From Pseudomonadota bacterium (GTDB lineage Bacteria; Desulfobacterota; Desulfobulbia; Desulfobulbales; JAGXFP01), in contig JAHJAA010000045.1 of NCBI GenBank assembly GCA_018814305.1, positions 74,346 through 138,345 of the forward strand: 64,000 nt of DNA, given 5' to 3'. A program made the translations under genes and the position numbers. Below the pieces are notes generated by a model. That model had not been told where the DNA came from and did not search any database. It saw only the letters and a program-made list of their open reading frames with translations. Of the stretch, positions 28,825 through 38,696 are shown piece after piece (position 1 is the first letter of the stretch; each line of letters begins with the position of its first letter).

Positions 28825-29994
28825 ATGTCTCATATGAAAATCAATAAAACAATCGCTGAAATCAACGAGAAGATTAAAACCGGGCAGGCGGTGGTCGTAA
28901 CCGCTGAAGAGATGGTTCCAATCGTCAAAGAACATGGTCCTGAGGAAGCAGCCCGACGGATCGATGTGGTGACCACCGGGACCTTTTCGCCCATGTGTTC
29001 TTCCGGGGCCTTTATTAATTTCGGTCATACCCGTCCCACCACCAAGGCTTCTCAAGTCTGGCTGAACGAAGTACCTGCCTATGCGGGGTTAGCGGCTGTT
29101 GATATTTACATCGGAGCTACCGAGGCCAGTACAGATGATCCTTTAAACAAGGTTTTCCCTGGAGAATTCCGCTACGGCGGAGGACATGTCATCGAAGACC
29201 TGGTCGCCGGACGGGAGATTCTCTTGCGGGCAGTGGGATACGGCACAGACTGCTACCCCAACCAAAAAATGGAAAAGAAGGTTACCCTGGCCGACCTTCC
29301 CTACGCCCTTCTTTGTAATCCAAGAAATTGTTATCAAAACTACAATTGTGCAATCAATCTTTCCGACAAGACCATTTACACGTACATGGGAACCTTGATG
29401 CCCAATGGACGGAATGCAACATATTGCAGCGCCGGAGAATTAAGCCCTTTGATGAATGATCCTTTTTATAGGACCATTGGACTGGGAACCAGAATTTTCC
29501 TGGGGGGGGGGATTGGCTACATAACCTGGCATGGAACTCAGCACAATCCAGGAGCTCTTCGTGGCGAAAACGGAGTCCCCAAAAGACCGGCGGGAACCCT
29601 GATGCTCCAAGGAGACCTCAAACAGATGTCACCGCGTTGGCTCAAGGGAATCAGCATGCAGGGATATGGCAGCACAATGGCTGTTGGTGTCGGTATTCCC
29701 ATTCCCGTGCTAAATGAAGAAATTGCGGCATCCACAGGGGTTGGTGACGAAGATATATTTACTCAGGTCGTGGATTACTCCCATGATTACTCCCACGGCA
29801 TCGCCCGAAACTATGGTGAAGTCAATTATGCCCAGCTAAAAAGTGGTTGTATTGAGGTCAACGGTAAGAAAGTTCTTACCGCACCACTTTCCAGTGTAAC
29901 CAGAGCTCGCGAAATCGCCGAAACTTTAAAAAATTGGATAGTGAAGAAGGAGTTTACCTTAACCGCACCAGTCCAGCCCATGCCCTCTGAATAG
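28825..29994 (+). CDS. DUF39/COG1900 homocysteine-biosynthesis (aspartate-semialdehyde sulfurtransferase-type) protein
   Basis: INEKIKTGQAVVVTAEEM, VDVVTTGTFSPMCSSGAFINFGH and YGGGHVIEDLVAG match the DUF39 family. The start is ambiguous (GTG 28813, ATG 28825 or ATG 28834). Confidence 0.8.
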   Translation: MSHMKINKTIAEINEKIKTGQAVVVTAEEMVPIVKEHGPEEAARRIDVVTTGTFSPMCSSGAFINFGHTRPTTKASQVWLNEVPAYAGLAAVDIYIGATEASTDDPLNKVFPGEFRYGGGHVIEDLVAGREILLRAVGYGTDCYPNQKMEKKVTLADLPYALLCNPRNCYQNYNCAINLSDKTIYTYMGTLMPNGRNATYCSAGELSPLMNDPFYRTIGLGTRIFLGGGIGYITWHGTQHNPGALRGENGVPKRPAGTLMLQGDLKQMSPRWLKGISMQGYGSTMAVGVGIPIPVLNEEIAASTGVGDEDIFTQVVDYSHDYSHGIARNYGEVNYAQLKSGCIEVNGKKVLTAPLSSVTRAREIAETLKNWIVKKEFTLTAPVQPMPSE

Positions 29995-30058
29995 CCTTGG
30001 ATTCAATAATAGATTACCTGCGCCAAACCACTTCGAATTCTCTAAAGAAAGACAAGGG

Positions 30059-30850
30059 ATGCCCCACACTACCTTAGCCCAATATGACGTACTTAAAGAA
30101 AAAATAGCCGGGTATGGCTATTACTCTGTAGCTTATTCAGGTGGTGTTGACAGTTCACTTCTCTTTAAAGCTACCTTTGACGTCTTCGGTGACAAGGCTA
30201 CGGCACTTTTAGCCGACTCAGTACTGCTTTCACCCAACGAGGTAGACCGGGCATCGACGCAGGTTGCTTCCATTGGCGGAAGGTTACAAATTTTCCATTA
30301 TGATCCCTTAGCCTGGCCGGAATTCCTCACCAACCCAACTGATCGGTGCTATCATTGTAAGAAAAAAATCTATTCTAAATTTCTCGAATTCCTTCGAACC
30401 AATTCCCAAAATAGTTTCTATGACGGCAGCAATTTGAATGATCTTCATGATGACAGACCCGGCAGAAGAGCTCTCGTCGAACTGGATATTCCAACACCAC
30501 TCATTGAAGCGGGTTTTGACAAAGCGACCATCCGGCGGGTAGCAAGAGAGCTGGACCTGCCGACTTGGAATAAACCTTCCTCCTCCTGCCTTGCCACCAG
30601 AATCCCTCATGGACTCAAAATAGACCACCGGAAGATATCATTAGTCGCGTCATGCGAACAAACTCTCCTTGGCCTTGGCTTTCATGGATGTCGAACCAGG
30701 CTGTTGGATGATGAAGCACGAGCAGTTTCAATCGAAATCACAGAAGAAGCCTTTACGACATTTACCGACACAAAGATTCGCAATAAAGTCGTTGCCGCGC
30801 TTAGAAACAAGGGGTTCAAGCAAATTTTCCTCAACTTGGCTGGGCGCTGA
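30059..30850 (+). CDS. PP-loop ATP pyrophosphatase, LarE/TIGR00268-like sulfur transferase family
   Basis: PP-loop YSGGVDSS. Also DRCYHCKKKIY, DDRPGRRAL and the conserved Cys context SSSCLATRIPHG. Confidence 0.8.
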   Translation: MPHTTLAQYDVLKEKIAGYGYYSVAYSGGVDSSLLFKATFDVFGDKATALLADSVLLSPNEVDRASTQVASIGGRLQIFHYDPLAWPEFLTNPTDRCYHCKKKIYSKFLEFLRTNSQNSFYDGSNLNDLHDDRPGRRALVELDIPTPLIEAGFDKATIRRVARELDLPTWNKPSSSCLATRIPHGLKIDHRKISLVASCEQTLLGLGFHGCRTRLLDDEARAVSIEITEEAFTTFTDTKIRNKVVAALRNKGFKQIFLNLAGR

Positions 30851-31043
30851 CACAAAAAGTCATTATTCTCCACAAATTAAACCACTTAACAACAATTCCA
30901 GGGTCATATCGGCAGAACAAAACTCCTCGACCTTTTAATTTTCTCTTCATTTTTTCGATTAATAGCTTTTTTTTTCTTGATCTTTGCTTTTTTTTAGGCT
31001 GTAGTAATGAACAGTTTAGCCAAGTGTGGTAACGGTTTTTTGT

Positions 31044-31072
31044 TTGACAATCAGTTTTCAGTTGTTTAAATC
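31044..31072 (+). promoter_or_regulatory. sigma-70-type promoter candidate for hup
   Basis: TTGACA (31044-31049), a 17-nt spacer, then TAAATC (31067-31072), about 65 nt upstream of the hup ATG. Confidence 0.35.
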
Positions 31073-31135
31073 AATTACTAATTGATGTAGTAGTAACCAA
31101 GGAATCAATCCACAAATCACAGGAGGAATAAGAGC

Positions 31136-31408
31136 ATGAATAAAGGTGAACTGGTAGAAAGCATGGCTGATGCTGCAGGAATCAGCAAGGCTGCTTCAGA
31201 GAGGGCCCTCACCGGTCTTCTTGATGCTATTTCTGGTGCATTGGCAAAAGACGACAAAGTAACGTTGGTTGGCTTTGGTACTTTTTCGGTGTCCAAGAGA
31301 GCTGCTCGTCAGGGCCGTAATCCTCAGACCGGTGCCAACATCAAAATTCCGGCTCGTAAAGTCGCCCGCTTTAAACCAGGCAGCAAACTGGCCGACGCTG
31401 TAAAATAA
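31136..31408 (+). CDS. hup: DNA-binding protein HU
   Basis: 90 aa. MNKGELVESMA, GFGTFSVSKRAARQGRNPQTG. AGGAGG RBS. Confidence 0.95.
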   Translation: MNKGELVESMADAAGISKAASERALTGLLDAISGALAKDDKVTLVGFGTFSVSKRAARQGRNPQTGANIKIPARKVARFKPGSKLADAVK

Positions 31409-31447
31409 TATTACCTCCCGTTTAGTTGTCTCCTGAATTTTATTCTT

Positions 31448-31497
31448 GCATGCCAGGGGTTAGAAATTTACCCTAACCCCTGGCATGCTTTTTTTTT
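31448..31497 (+). terminator. rho-independent terminator after hup
   Basis: 16-bp stem GCATGCCAGGGGTTAG ... CTAACCCCTGGCATGC followed by a T9 run. Confidence 0.9.
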
Positions 31498-31506
31498 CAG
31501 ATCGGC

Positions 31507-32817
31507 ATGACTGATTCTCTTCTTGTTCATATCGCATTAACCATCTATGAAATCATCTGGGTACTTTTTCGCCCCATTATTAGCCGTCACCCTCGCTTAA
31601 AAGAGGGATTAAAGCAACGTCTCCTAATCCACCCTCCTAAACCGGCAGACCTCTGGCTCCATGCTGCTTCGGTGGGAGAGGCATTTCTTGCCCTTGAAAT
31701 CATTAAACAGTTCGATTATCCCCAGCCACTTAATCTCCTCATTTCCACAAACACCAGCCAGGGGAAAGAGGTTCTTGACAAAGAACTCAGCAGTCTTCAA
31801 TCAACCACCGCAAAGAGCTTGACCATAGCAACGACCTTTTTCCCGTTTGACCAACCTTCTCTTATGCGTAAGGCCCTTTCAATAATCAATCCCCGATTGC
31901 TTATCCTAATAGAAGGGGAGCTCTGGCCCGGTCTCCTGGCCGGATGCCATCAAAAGAGAGTCCCGGTTATTCTCGTAAACGGCAGAATAAATCAAAAAAG
32001 TCTTGAGCGTTATCTACTGTGGCCAGCCTTTTGGAAGTATCTCCGTCCCAAATTAGTCCTGGCCATCTCCGAGACGGACAGCAAAAGATTCGCCCGGCTT
32101 TTTGGTAGAGAGAGAGTCGTCATTGTTGAAAATATCAAATTCGACCGAGTCGCGGTTACTATAGCCACGCCAGCAAATTATAATCCGCTTGACAGCTTCC
32201 TGAAACTCAGCGATAAATTCATCGTTCTTGGCTCGGTCCGACAGGAAGAGGAATTATTACTCACCCAAGTAATCTCCTCGTTGTTCCACCATGATCAAGA
32301 TCTGATCATCGGGCTTTTCCCCAGACACATGCATCGTCTCTCTTTCTGGAACCAGGCATTAGCCAGCTCCGGGATTTCATTTCTCCTCCGTTCGGAAATC
32401 ACCCCCGGAATGGATGTCAAAAGAGGGACCGTAATCCTTTGGGATCGCATTGGTGAATTGAATTTCGCCTATGCCATTTCAAAAGCAGTTTTTGTCGGTG
32501 GAAGTCTGGCCCCGGTTGGGGGGCAAAATTTTCTTGAACCACTAGCCCATGGGGTCAGGCCGGTCATTGGTCCCTACTGGACAAACTTCGCTTGGATTGG
32601 GAGAGAGATAGTGAATATGGGCCTGGTTGAGGAAGTTAATGACCATCTTCAATTAACCGAAACCTTACTCGCTCGAATTTCAACCACAAGCCAGCGACCT
32701 CAAGTAACCCAAGATTTCCAGAACTACCTGAAACAACGCCGAGGAGGAACCGCTAAGATATGCCGGACGATCATCGAAATTCTACAAAACCAAACGGCAG
32801 GGAAGATCACACCGTGA
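31507..32817 (+). CDS. waaA: 3-deoxy-D-manno-octulosonic acid (Kdo) transferase
   Basis: 436 aa. N-terminal membrane anchor, LWLHAASVGE motif, and GGSL...GGQNFLEP C-terminal block. Confidence 0.9.
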   Translation: MTDSLLVHIALTIYEIIWVLFRPIISRHPRLKEGLKQRLLIHPPKPADLWLHAASVGEAFLALEIIKQFDYPQPLNLLISTNTSQGKEVLDKELSSLQSTTAKSLTIATTFFPFDQPSLMRKALSIINPRLLILIEGELWPGLLAGCHQKRVPVILVNGRINQKSLERYLLWPAFWKYLRPKLVLAISETDSKRFARLFGRERVVIVENIKFDRVAVTIATPANYNPLDSFLKLSDKFIVLGSVRQEEELLLTQVISSLFHHDQDLIIGLFPRHMHRLSFWNQALASSGISFLLRSEITPGMDVKRGTVILWDRIGELNFAYAISKAVFVGGSLAPVGGQNFLEPLAHGVRPVIGPYWTNFAWIGREIVNMGLVEEVNDHLQLTETLLARISTTSQRPQVTQDFQNYLKQRRGGTAKICRTIIEILQNQTAGKITP

Positions 32818-33557
32818 AAAAACTTCCGCCTTGTTATGGGGTTATCCCGGCCCGCTACGCCTCATCAAGGTTTGAGGGGAAACCCTTAGTCCTCATTCAT
32901 GGGAAACCTATGTTTTGGCATGTCTATACAAGAGCAAGAAGATGCTCGCTCCTCACCCAAATAACCCTGGCTACGGATGACCAGCGGATCTTCGAGGCAG
33001 CTGTTCACCATAATGTTCCGGTGCTCATGACGAGTGATCAACATCGATGCGGCACAGAGCGAGTTCTTGAAGCCGCCACCATGATGAAAGTCCCGGACCA
33101 CGCAGTTATTATTAATATCCAAGGTGATGAACCAACCCTTGAACCGGATATGCTTTTCCAACTTATCCAACCGTTCACAGACTCCTCGGTTCAAGTGACG
33201 ACTTTAGCCCGGCCCATCACCCACGAGGAGGCCCTCAATCCAGACCAAGTTAAAGTTGTAGTATCAGGTCAATCGGATGCCCTTTATTTTTCACGTTCAC
33301 CGATTCCTTACCCTAGAGACGGAGAAAATGACGGATATCTTGGGCACATCGGGATATACGCCTTTAGGATGAAAACACTGAGAGAGTACGTCGCCCTTGA
33401 CTCATCTGTCCTGGAAAAGAAAGAAAAGCTGGAGCAACTTCGCCTCCTGGAGAACGGCTACAATATCCGCGTTGTTGAAACAGAGTATGTCTCTTATGGA
33501 GTTGATCGCCCTGAAGATATTGCCCTCATTGAAGAGGTCCTGAGCAAAGTTGAATAA
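32814..33557 (+). CDS. kdsB: 3-deoxy-manno-octulosonate cytidylyltransferase (CMP-Kdo synthetase)
   Basis: GTG start at 32814 overlaps the waaA stop (GTGA). VIPARYASSRFEGKPL, GTERV, NIQGDEP. Confidence 0.9.
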   Translation: MKKLPPCYGVIPARYASSRFEGKPLVLIHGKPMFWHVYTRARRCSLLTQITLATDDQRIFEAAVHHNVPVLMTSDQHRCGTERVLEAATMMKVPDHAVIINIQGDEPTLEPDMLFQLIQPFTDSSVQVTTLARPITHEEALNPDQVKVVVSGQSDALYFSRSPIPYPRDGENDGYLGHIGIYAFRMKTLREYVALDSSVLEKKEKLEQLRLLENGYNIRVVETEYVSYGVDRPEDIALIEEVLSKVE

Positions 33558-33650
33558 ACCCTGGAGGATGATCAAGGGAGGGCGAAAAACCCTGGACAGA
33601 TTCACTGTGCCATGCTAAATAAGTGCATCTTTTACAATTAGATCTCGGGT

Positions 33651-33727
33651 CGGGACGTGGCTCAGTCTGGTAGAGCACAGCGTTCGGGACGCTGGGGCCG
33701 GAGGTTCGAATCCTCTCGTCCCGACCA
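33651..33727 (+). tRNA. tRNA-Pro (anticodon CGG)
   Basis: 77-nt cloverleaf folded by hand. Acceptor CGGGACG/CGTCCCG; D-arm GCTC-AGTCTGGTA-GAGC; anticodon arm CAGCG-TTCGGGA-CGCTG; T-arm GGAGG-TTCGAAT-CCTCT; A73 and encoded CCA. Close to E. coli proK. Confidence 0.95.
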
Positions 33728-33736
33728 ATTGATTTT

Positions 33737-33766
33737 AAGGCTTCCTGATAGGAAGCCTTTTTTTTT
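33737..33766 (+). terminator. rho-independent terminator after tRNA-Pro
   Basis: AAGGCTTCC-TGAT-AGGAAGCCTT followed by a T-run. Confidence 0.85.
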
Positions 33767-33892
33767 AAGTCTGTTTCTTGAAAATCCCAGACATCTCCTC
33801 ACGGATCAAGAGCAACCTTGCATCCTCTTATACACAGTTCCAGTTCGCATCAACAAAAACGTCTTATCTCATTGATATTAAGAATAAATAAA

Positions 33893-34843
33893 ATGAATAC
33901 TCCCCAAACGCCACTGATTGCTGTTATCGGACCGACCGCCGTCGGAAAAACCGAACTTGTCTTAAAAATTGCGGCTAGACTCGGAGCAGAAATTGTCAGT
34001 GTCGACTCAATGCAGGTATACCGTCACATGGATATCGGCACCGCAAAACCATCATTAGAGGAACAACGCCTCATCCGCCATCACCTAATCAACATGGTCA
34101 ACCCCGACCAAGACTACAACCTTGCCACATATATCAATGACGCAGAAAAAATCTGCACCATGCTCAGTAAAGAAAAAAAAGTCGCTCTTTTAACCGGCGG
34201 AACTGGCCTTTACCTGAAAGGTTTTCAAGACGGCCTGTTCAGTGACCCCGGCCCCGGGAACTGTCCAGAAATCCGAGAGAAACTCAATCAGGAACTTATC
34301 CAAAAGGGAAGGGAAGCCTTATTTAATCGATTACAAACTGTCGACGCAGCTTCCGCTTCCCGGATTCACCCCAACGACACAACCCGCCTACTTAGGGCTC
34401 TTGAAATATATGAAACCACTGGGACACCATGGTCAACTCACCTCCTCAAACAACCCACCCAAAAGTCAAACGCCAACCGTAGGATCATTTTAAAAATCGG
34501 CCTGAACCGACCAAGAAAAGAACTTTACAACCGAATTAATCAAAGATCGGCAACCATGCTGCGCCAAGGACTCATTGAAGAAGTTGAAACATTGCTCAGC
34601 CAGGGATATTCCAGAAAATTAAAACCGTTGCAGGCTATCGGATATCGCCACGTGATTGAATTCCTTGATGGCCACAAAAATCGTGATGAGACAGAACTCA
34701 TCCTGGCACGCGACACCCGACATTACGCCAAACGTCAACTCACCTGGTTTCTTCGTGATGAGGAAATCCAATGGCACCACCCCAGCGAAATAAACGAAAT
34801 TATCGCGAAGTCGGGTGAATTTCTGGATTCATATCATGGATAA
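33893..34843 (+). CDS. miaA: tRNA dimethylallyltransferase
   Basis: Start moved to ATG 33893. P-loop VIGPTAVGKTEL, SVDSMQVYRHMDIGTAKP. Confidence 0.95.
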   Translation: MNTPQTPLIAVIGPTAVGKTELVLKIAARLGAEIVSVDSMQVYRHMDIGTAKPSLEEQRLIRHHLINMVNPDQDYNLATYINDAEKICTMLSKEKKVALLTGGTGLYLKGFQDGLFSDPGPGNCPEIREKLNQELIQKGREALFNRLQTVDAASASRIHPNDTTRLLRALEIYETTGTPWSTHLLKQPTQKSNANRRIILKIGLNRPRKELYNRINQRSATMLRQGLIEEVETLLSQGYSRKLKPLQAIGYRHVIEFLDGHKNRDETELILARDTRHYAKRQLTWFLRDEEIQWHHPSEINEIIAKSGEFLDSYHG

Positions 34844-36596
34844 ATCAGCCCCTCCCAAAAAGTGGCTCATAAAAGCCTCTCCTCAATTATCAAAGGAAAA
34901 CCCGATCGGTTCTAAGGAAGGCATTCCCCGAGCCTTGGCGAACCTCCTACCTCTTCGGGGGGTCAACACCGATGATGAACTGATGAGATTTCTTCATCCA
35001 ACCCTCGACCAACTACCGAATCCCGATGAACTTCCAGGGATTAAAGAAGGGTCAAACCTGTTGGCCAAGGCCATCATCAATAATTTCCCGATTGTTATCT
35101 ATGGCGACTACGATGCCGATGGCATTACCGCTACAGCCCTTTTATCCCTCTTCCTAAGGGACTTGGGGGTGACTTCATCGAGTTATCTGCCAGACCGTGA
35201 GGGGGAAGGGTATGGACTTCACACCAAGGCTATCAAAAAAATTCACGATGACCTTTCAAAAAACTCCCCAAACAAGCCCCTTATCCTAATCACAGTGGAC
35301 TGTGGAATATCAAATAAAGACGAAGTGGCCTTCGCGAAAGAACTTGGATTTCAGGTCATTGTTACGGATCACCATCACCCACCAAAGGCACTACCGGAAG
35401 CAAACATATTGATCAACCCACGATTACAAATCACAAATTCTCCATTCCAGATACTGGCGGGAGTTGGGGTTGCCTTCTATCTCGCAGCCGGTCTGCGAAT
35501 GCGGTTGATGGAGAGGGGGGTTTTTAGCAAAAAAACTCCGCCAAACTTGAAAAATTATCTCGATCTGGTGGCTCTAGGAACCATAGCTGATATGGTTCCT
35601 TTGATTGGGGTAAACCGAATCATGGTCAAGGCTGGCCTCGAAATCATCAACAAATCCCCAAGGCCAGGAATTGAAGCACTTTTAAAATATACAAGAGAAC
35701 CCCAGGGACAAATCCGTTCCGAAACAATAGCATTTCAATTGGCACCAAGAATCAATGCCGCCGGAAGAATGGGGTGCCCAAACCGTGCCCTTGATCTCCT
35801 CATGAGTAATTCCGTTACATCAGCAAGACATCTATCTGAAATAATAGACAAAACAAATGATAAACGACGACAACTTACCGATTTATGTTACGCCCAGGCA
35901 AAAGAAAAACAGCACGAAAATATTAAGCCGGATCAATCAAGCCTTGTTTTGGTTTTCCCCGAATGGCGACAGGGAATTTTGGGATTAATTGCAGGAAGGA
36001 TAGCACAGGATATAAATCGACCTGTTGCCGTATTCGCTAAAACTGACAATTGCACCCTCAAGGGATCAATACGCTCAATTGACGGTGTAGACATTATCAG
36101 CGTACTTAATCAATGTTCAGCAGAACTCATTCAATTCGGAGGCCACTCTGCCGCAGCTGGATTGACAATTGACCAATCTCAGCTTGATCGTTTTACAGAA
36201 AAATTTGAGGAGATTATCTCCCTAAGTATGAAGGAAATCTACCTTGAACCAGTTGTTCATATTGACCATGAAATCAACATCGAAGAAACTATGACCAAGA
36301 TCTTTCTGGATAAATATGTTCTCTTTGAGCCTTTTGGGGTTGGCAATCCAGAACCAATTTTTAGTTGCCCTAATACCGTTATCGTCACCAGGGCAGAACA
36401 AAGAGGGAAAAACACTTTGTATTACCAAATACAAGAAAACGAGAAATGCTTTGACGGAATCGGTTTCGGCATGGGCGGACTGAGTGAATTGCTTATAAAC
36501 AAAAAAATTAAATTAGCCTTCAAAATCTCTTTGAACAGTTTTCGTGGAAAACAACGATGGGAGCTTCGAGCAGAGGACATTAAACTACCAGCTTAA
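34836..36596 (+). CDS. recJ: single-stranded-DNA-specific exonuclease RecJ
   Basis: Start at ATG 34836 overlaps the miaA stop by 8 nt. DHH motifs: IYGDYDADGITA, VDCGIS, VTDHHHP. DHHA1: GGHSAAAG. Confidence 0.93.
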   Translation: MDKSAPPKKWLIKASPQLSKENPIGSKEGIPRALANLLPLRGVNTDDELMRFLHPTLDQLPNPDELPGIKEGSNLLAKAIINNFPIVIYGDYDADGITATALLSLFLRDLGVTSSSYLPDREGEGYGLHTKAIKKIHDDLSKNSPNKPLILITVDCGISNKDEVAFAKELGFQVIVTDHHHPPKALPEANILINPRLQITNSPFQILAGVGVAFYLAAGLRMRLMERGVFSKKTPPNLKNYLDLVALGTIADMVPLIGVNRIMVKAGLEIINKSPRPGIEALLKYTREPQGQIRSETIAFQLAPRINAAGRMGCPNRALDLLMSNSVTSARHLSEIIDKTNDKRRQLTDLCYAQAKEKQHENIKPDQSSLVLVFPEWRQGILGLIAGRIAQDINRPVAVFAKTDNCTLKGSIRSIDGVDIISVLNQCSAELIQFGGHSAAAGLTIDQSQLDRFTEKFEEIISLSMKEIYLEPVVHIDHEINIEETMTKIFLDKYVLFEPFGVGNPEPIFSCPNTVIVTRAEQRGKNTLYYQIQENEKCFDGIGFGMGGLSELLINKKIKLAFKISLNSFRGKQRWELRAEDIKLPA

Positions 36597-36949
36597 CTGA
36601 TTATATTTATTAAATATATACCAAACTATACATAATATACATTATGCGACACTACAACAAATCATAATAAATCGCTCCATTGAAGGCGGAGTCTTTGCCA
36701 AGCATTTTCAAGCGAATTCTGGTATATGATTCTAGGCAATACTCAGCTTGAAGTCGTGTTTTCCTTGGGCTATTACTGGGTTCCAGCCCTGAATAAGTTG
36801 TTGCCATAAAACATTCATCATCCCTACATTAGCAAGCCATCACGAGTTTTATAGCTGAGTTTCACGTAAAGGCACTTTCAAGCAAAGAACAACAGAGATC
36901 ATCCCACCAACCCCCAAACCAGGACGATTCCATTACAAACGAGGACACA

Positions 36950-38395
36950 ATGAACCGAAGTATCTATCAAGAACCCCTGGTTAGCAGATATACAAGCCGG
37001 GAAATGCAACAGATTTTTTCCGAAGAAAATCGAATAAAGACCTGGAGAAAATGCTGGATAGCCCTGGCAGAAGCCCAACTGGAACTGGGATTAACCCATA
37101 TTGTCAAACCAGAAATGATCGCTCAGCTAAAAAAATATGCCGACGATATCGACTTTGACTTAGCCGCAGCCAAAGAAAAAGAAATCCGCCACGATGTCAT
37201 GGCCCATGTCTACACCTACGGCCATAAATGCCCTCTTGCTGAGCCCATAATCCACCTGGGCGCAACCTCCCAATACGTTGGCTGCAACACCGACCTCTTG
37301 CTTCAAAAAAACGCCCTCTCCGTGGTCAAGAAATCCCTCGTCAATGTCATCAGAAACCTTGCTGATTTTGCCCGAAAACACAAAGCCCTGGCCACTCTCG
37401 GCTACACCCACTACCAGGCAGCCCAGCCAACCACAGTTGGCAAAAGAAACACCCTCTACATTCAAGATCTCTTAATAGACCTTGACTCCATTGACTTCAT
37501 CGAACCACAGATCAAGGCCAGAGGTGCCAAAGGAACCGTCGGCACCCAAGCAACCTTCCTCGAGCTCTTTAACGGCGACCACAACAAGGTTCGCGCATTG
37601 GATGAACTTGTTGCTTTAAAGCTAGGATTTAACGATATATTTTCAGTTACAGGACAAACCTACACTCGCAAGCTCGACATGAAAATAAGTGAAACCCTAG
37701 CCGGCATCGGAGCATCCGCCCATAAATTTGCCGTTGACCTTCGCCTCCTATCCAACCTTAAAGTCCAGGAAGAACCCTTTGCAAAAAACCAGGTTGGAAG
37801 TTCCGCCATGGCATACAAGCGCAATCCCATGCGCTCAGAACGGATGACCGGACTAGCCCGTAAACTCATGGGACTCCCTGCAAACTTCGCCGCAACCTAC
37901 GCCAACCAATGGTTTGAGAGAACCCTTGACGACTCAGCCATCCGCCGCATGGACATCCCTCAAGCCTTCCTACTCACCGACGCTATCTTAAAGCTATACA
38001 TGAATATAACTTGCGATATGGTTGTTTATCCGAAGCAAATCAAAAAACATCTCCTCCAAGAACTTCCCTTCATGGCAACTGAGAAAATCTTGATGGCGAG
38101 CGTCGCAAAAGGCAAAAGCCGTCAAGAAATCCATGAGGTCATCAAAGTACACTCCATAGCAGCCGGCCGAGAAGTCAAGGAAGAAGGTGCTAACAACGAC
38201 CTCCTCAAACGATTGGCAGACGATCCGGCTATCCCCTTCCAACTTGAGGAACTTTTTGATTTGATCGGTGACGGCTCGGAATTTACCGGTCGGGCCGAGG
38301 CTCAAACCGATGAATACCTTGACGAAATCGTCGAACCGAGACTCGTCGGGCTCAAGAACCTCATCGGCAATACCGACCAAACCCTGTCAGTTTAA
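36950..38395 (+). CDS. purB: adenylosuccinate lyase
   Basis: 481 aa. Fumarate-lyase signature GSSAMAYKRNP; N-terminal YTSREMQQIFSEE. Confidence 0.95.
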   Translation: MNRSIYQEPLVSRYTSREMQQIFSEENRIKTWRKCWIALAEAQLELGLTHIVKPEMIAQLKKYADDIDFDLAAAKEKEIRHDVMAHVYTYGHKCPLAEPIIHLGATSQYVGCNTDLLLQKNALSVVKKSLVNVIRNLADFARKHKALATLGYTHYQAAQPTTVGKRNTLYIQDLLIDLDSIDFIEPQIKARGAKGTVGTQATFLELFNGDHNKVRALDELVALKLGFNDIFSVTGQTYTRKLDMKISETLAGIGASAHKFAVDLRLLSNLKVQEEPFAKNQVGSSAMAYKRNPMRSERMTGLARKLMGLPANFAATYANQWFERTLDDSAIRRMDIPQAFLLTDAILKLYMNITCDMVVYPKQIKKHLLQELPFMATEKILMASVAKGKSRQEIHEVIKVHSIAAGREVKEEGANNDLLKRLADDPAIPFQLEELFDLIGDGSEFTGRAEAQTDEYLDEIVEPRLVGLKNLIGNTDQTLSV

Positions 38396-38406
38396 TTTTC
38401 ACGCCG

Positions 38407-38640
38407 ATGACAACAAAAGCACAACTCAACCTCCTTTACGCCCACATCAACCCTGAGCGCATAGGTTTTTTGAGATTTATCCTCGAGGGCTATGACGGAT
38501 TGGCCCAGGCATCAACTGCCTGCCCCAAGTCCGCACTGGTTACCCTTCGCTACCATTACAAAAACAGAGCTACGCTCATCTCAATCCTGGACAGCCTTGA
38601 AGAGAAACTTGTTAACCAAAAATCTCGATTAATCAAATAA
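38407..38640 (+). CDS. DUF4911 domain protein
   Basis: 77 aa. The RIGFLRFILEGYDGLA core is typical of the DUF4911 genes found after purB in Desulfobacterota. Confidence 0.6.
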   Translation: MTTKAQLNLLYAHINPERIGFLRFILEGYDGLAQASTACPKSALVTLRYHYKNRATLISILDSLEEKLVNQKSRLIK

Positions 38641-38696
38641 AGCATTGAAACAACATCCTATATCAACCAAATCATTAACGAAATAACACGAGCAAC

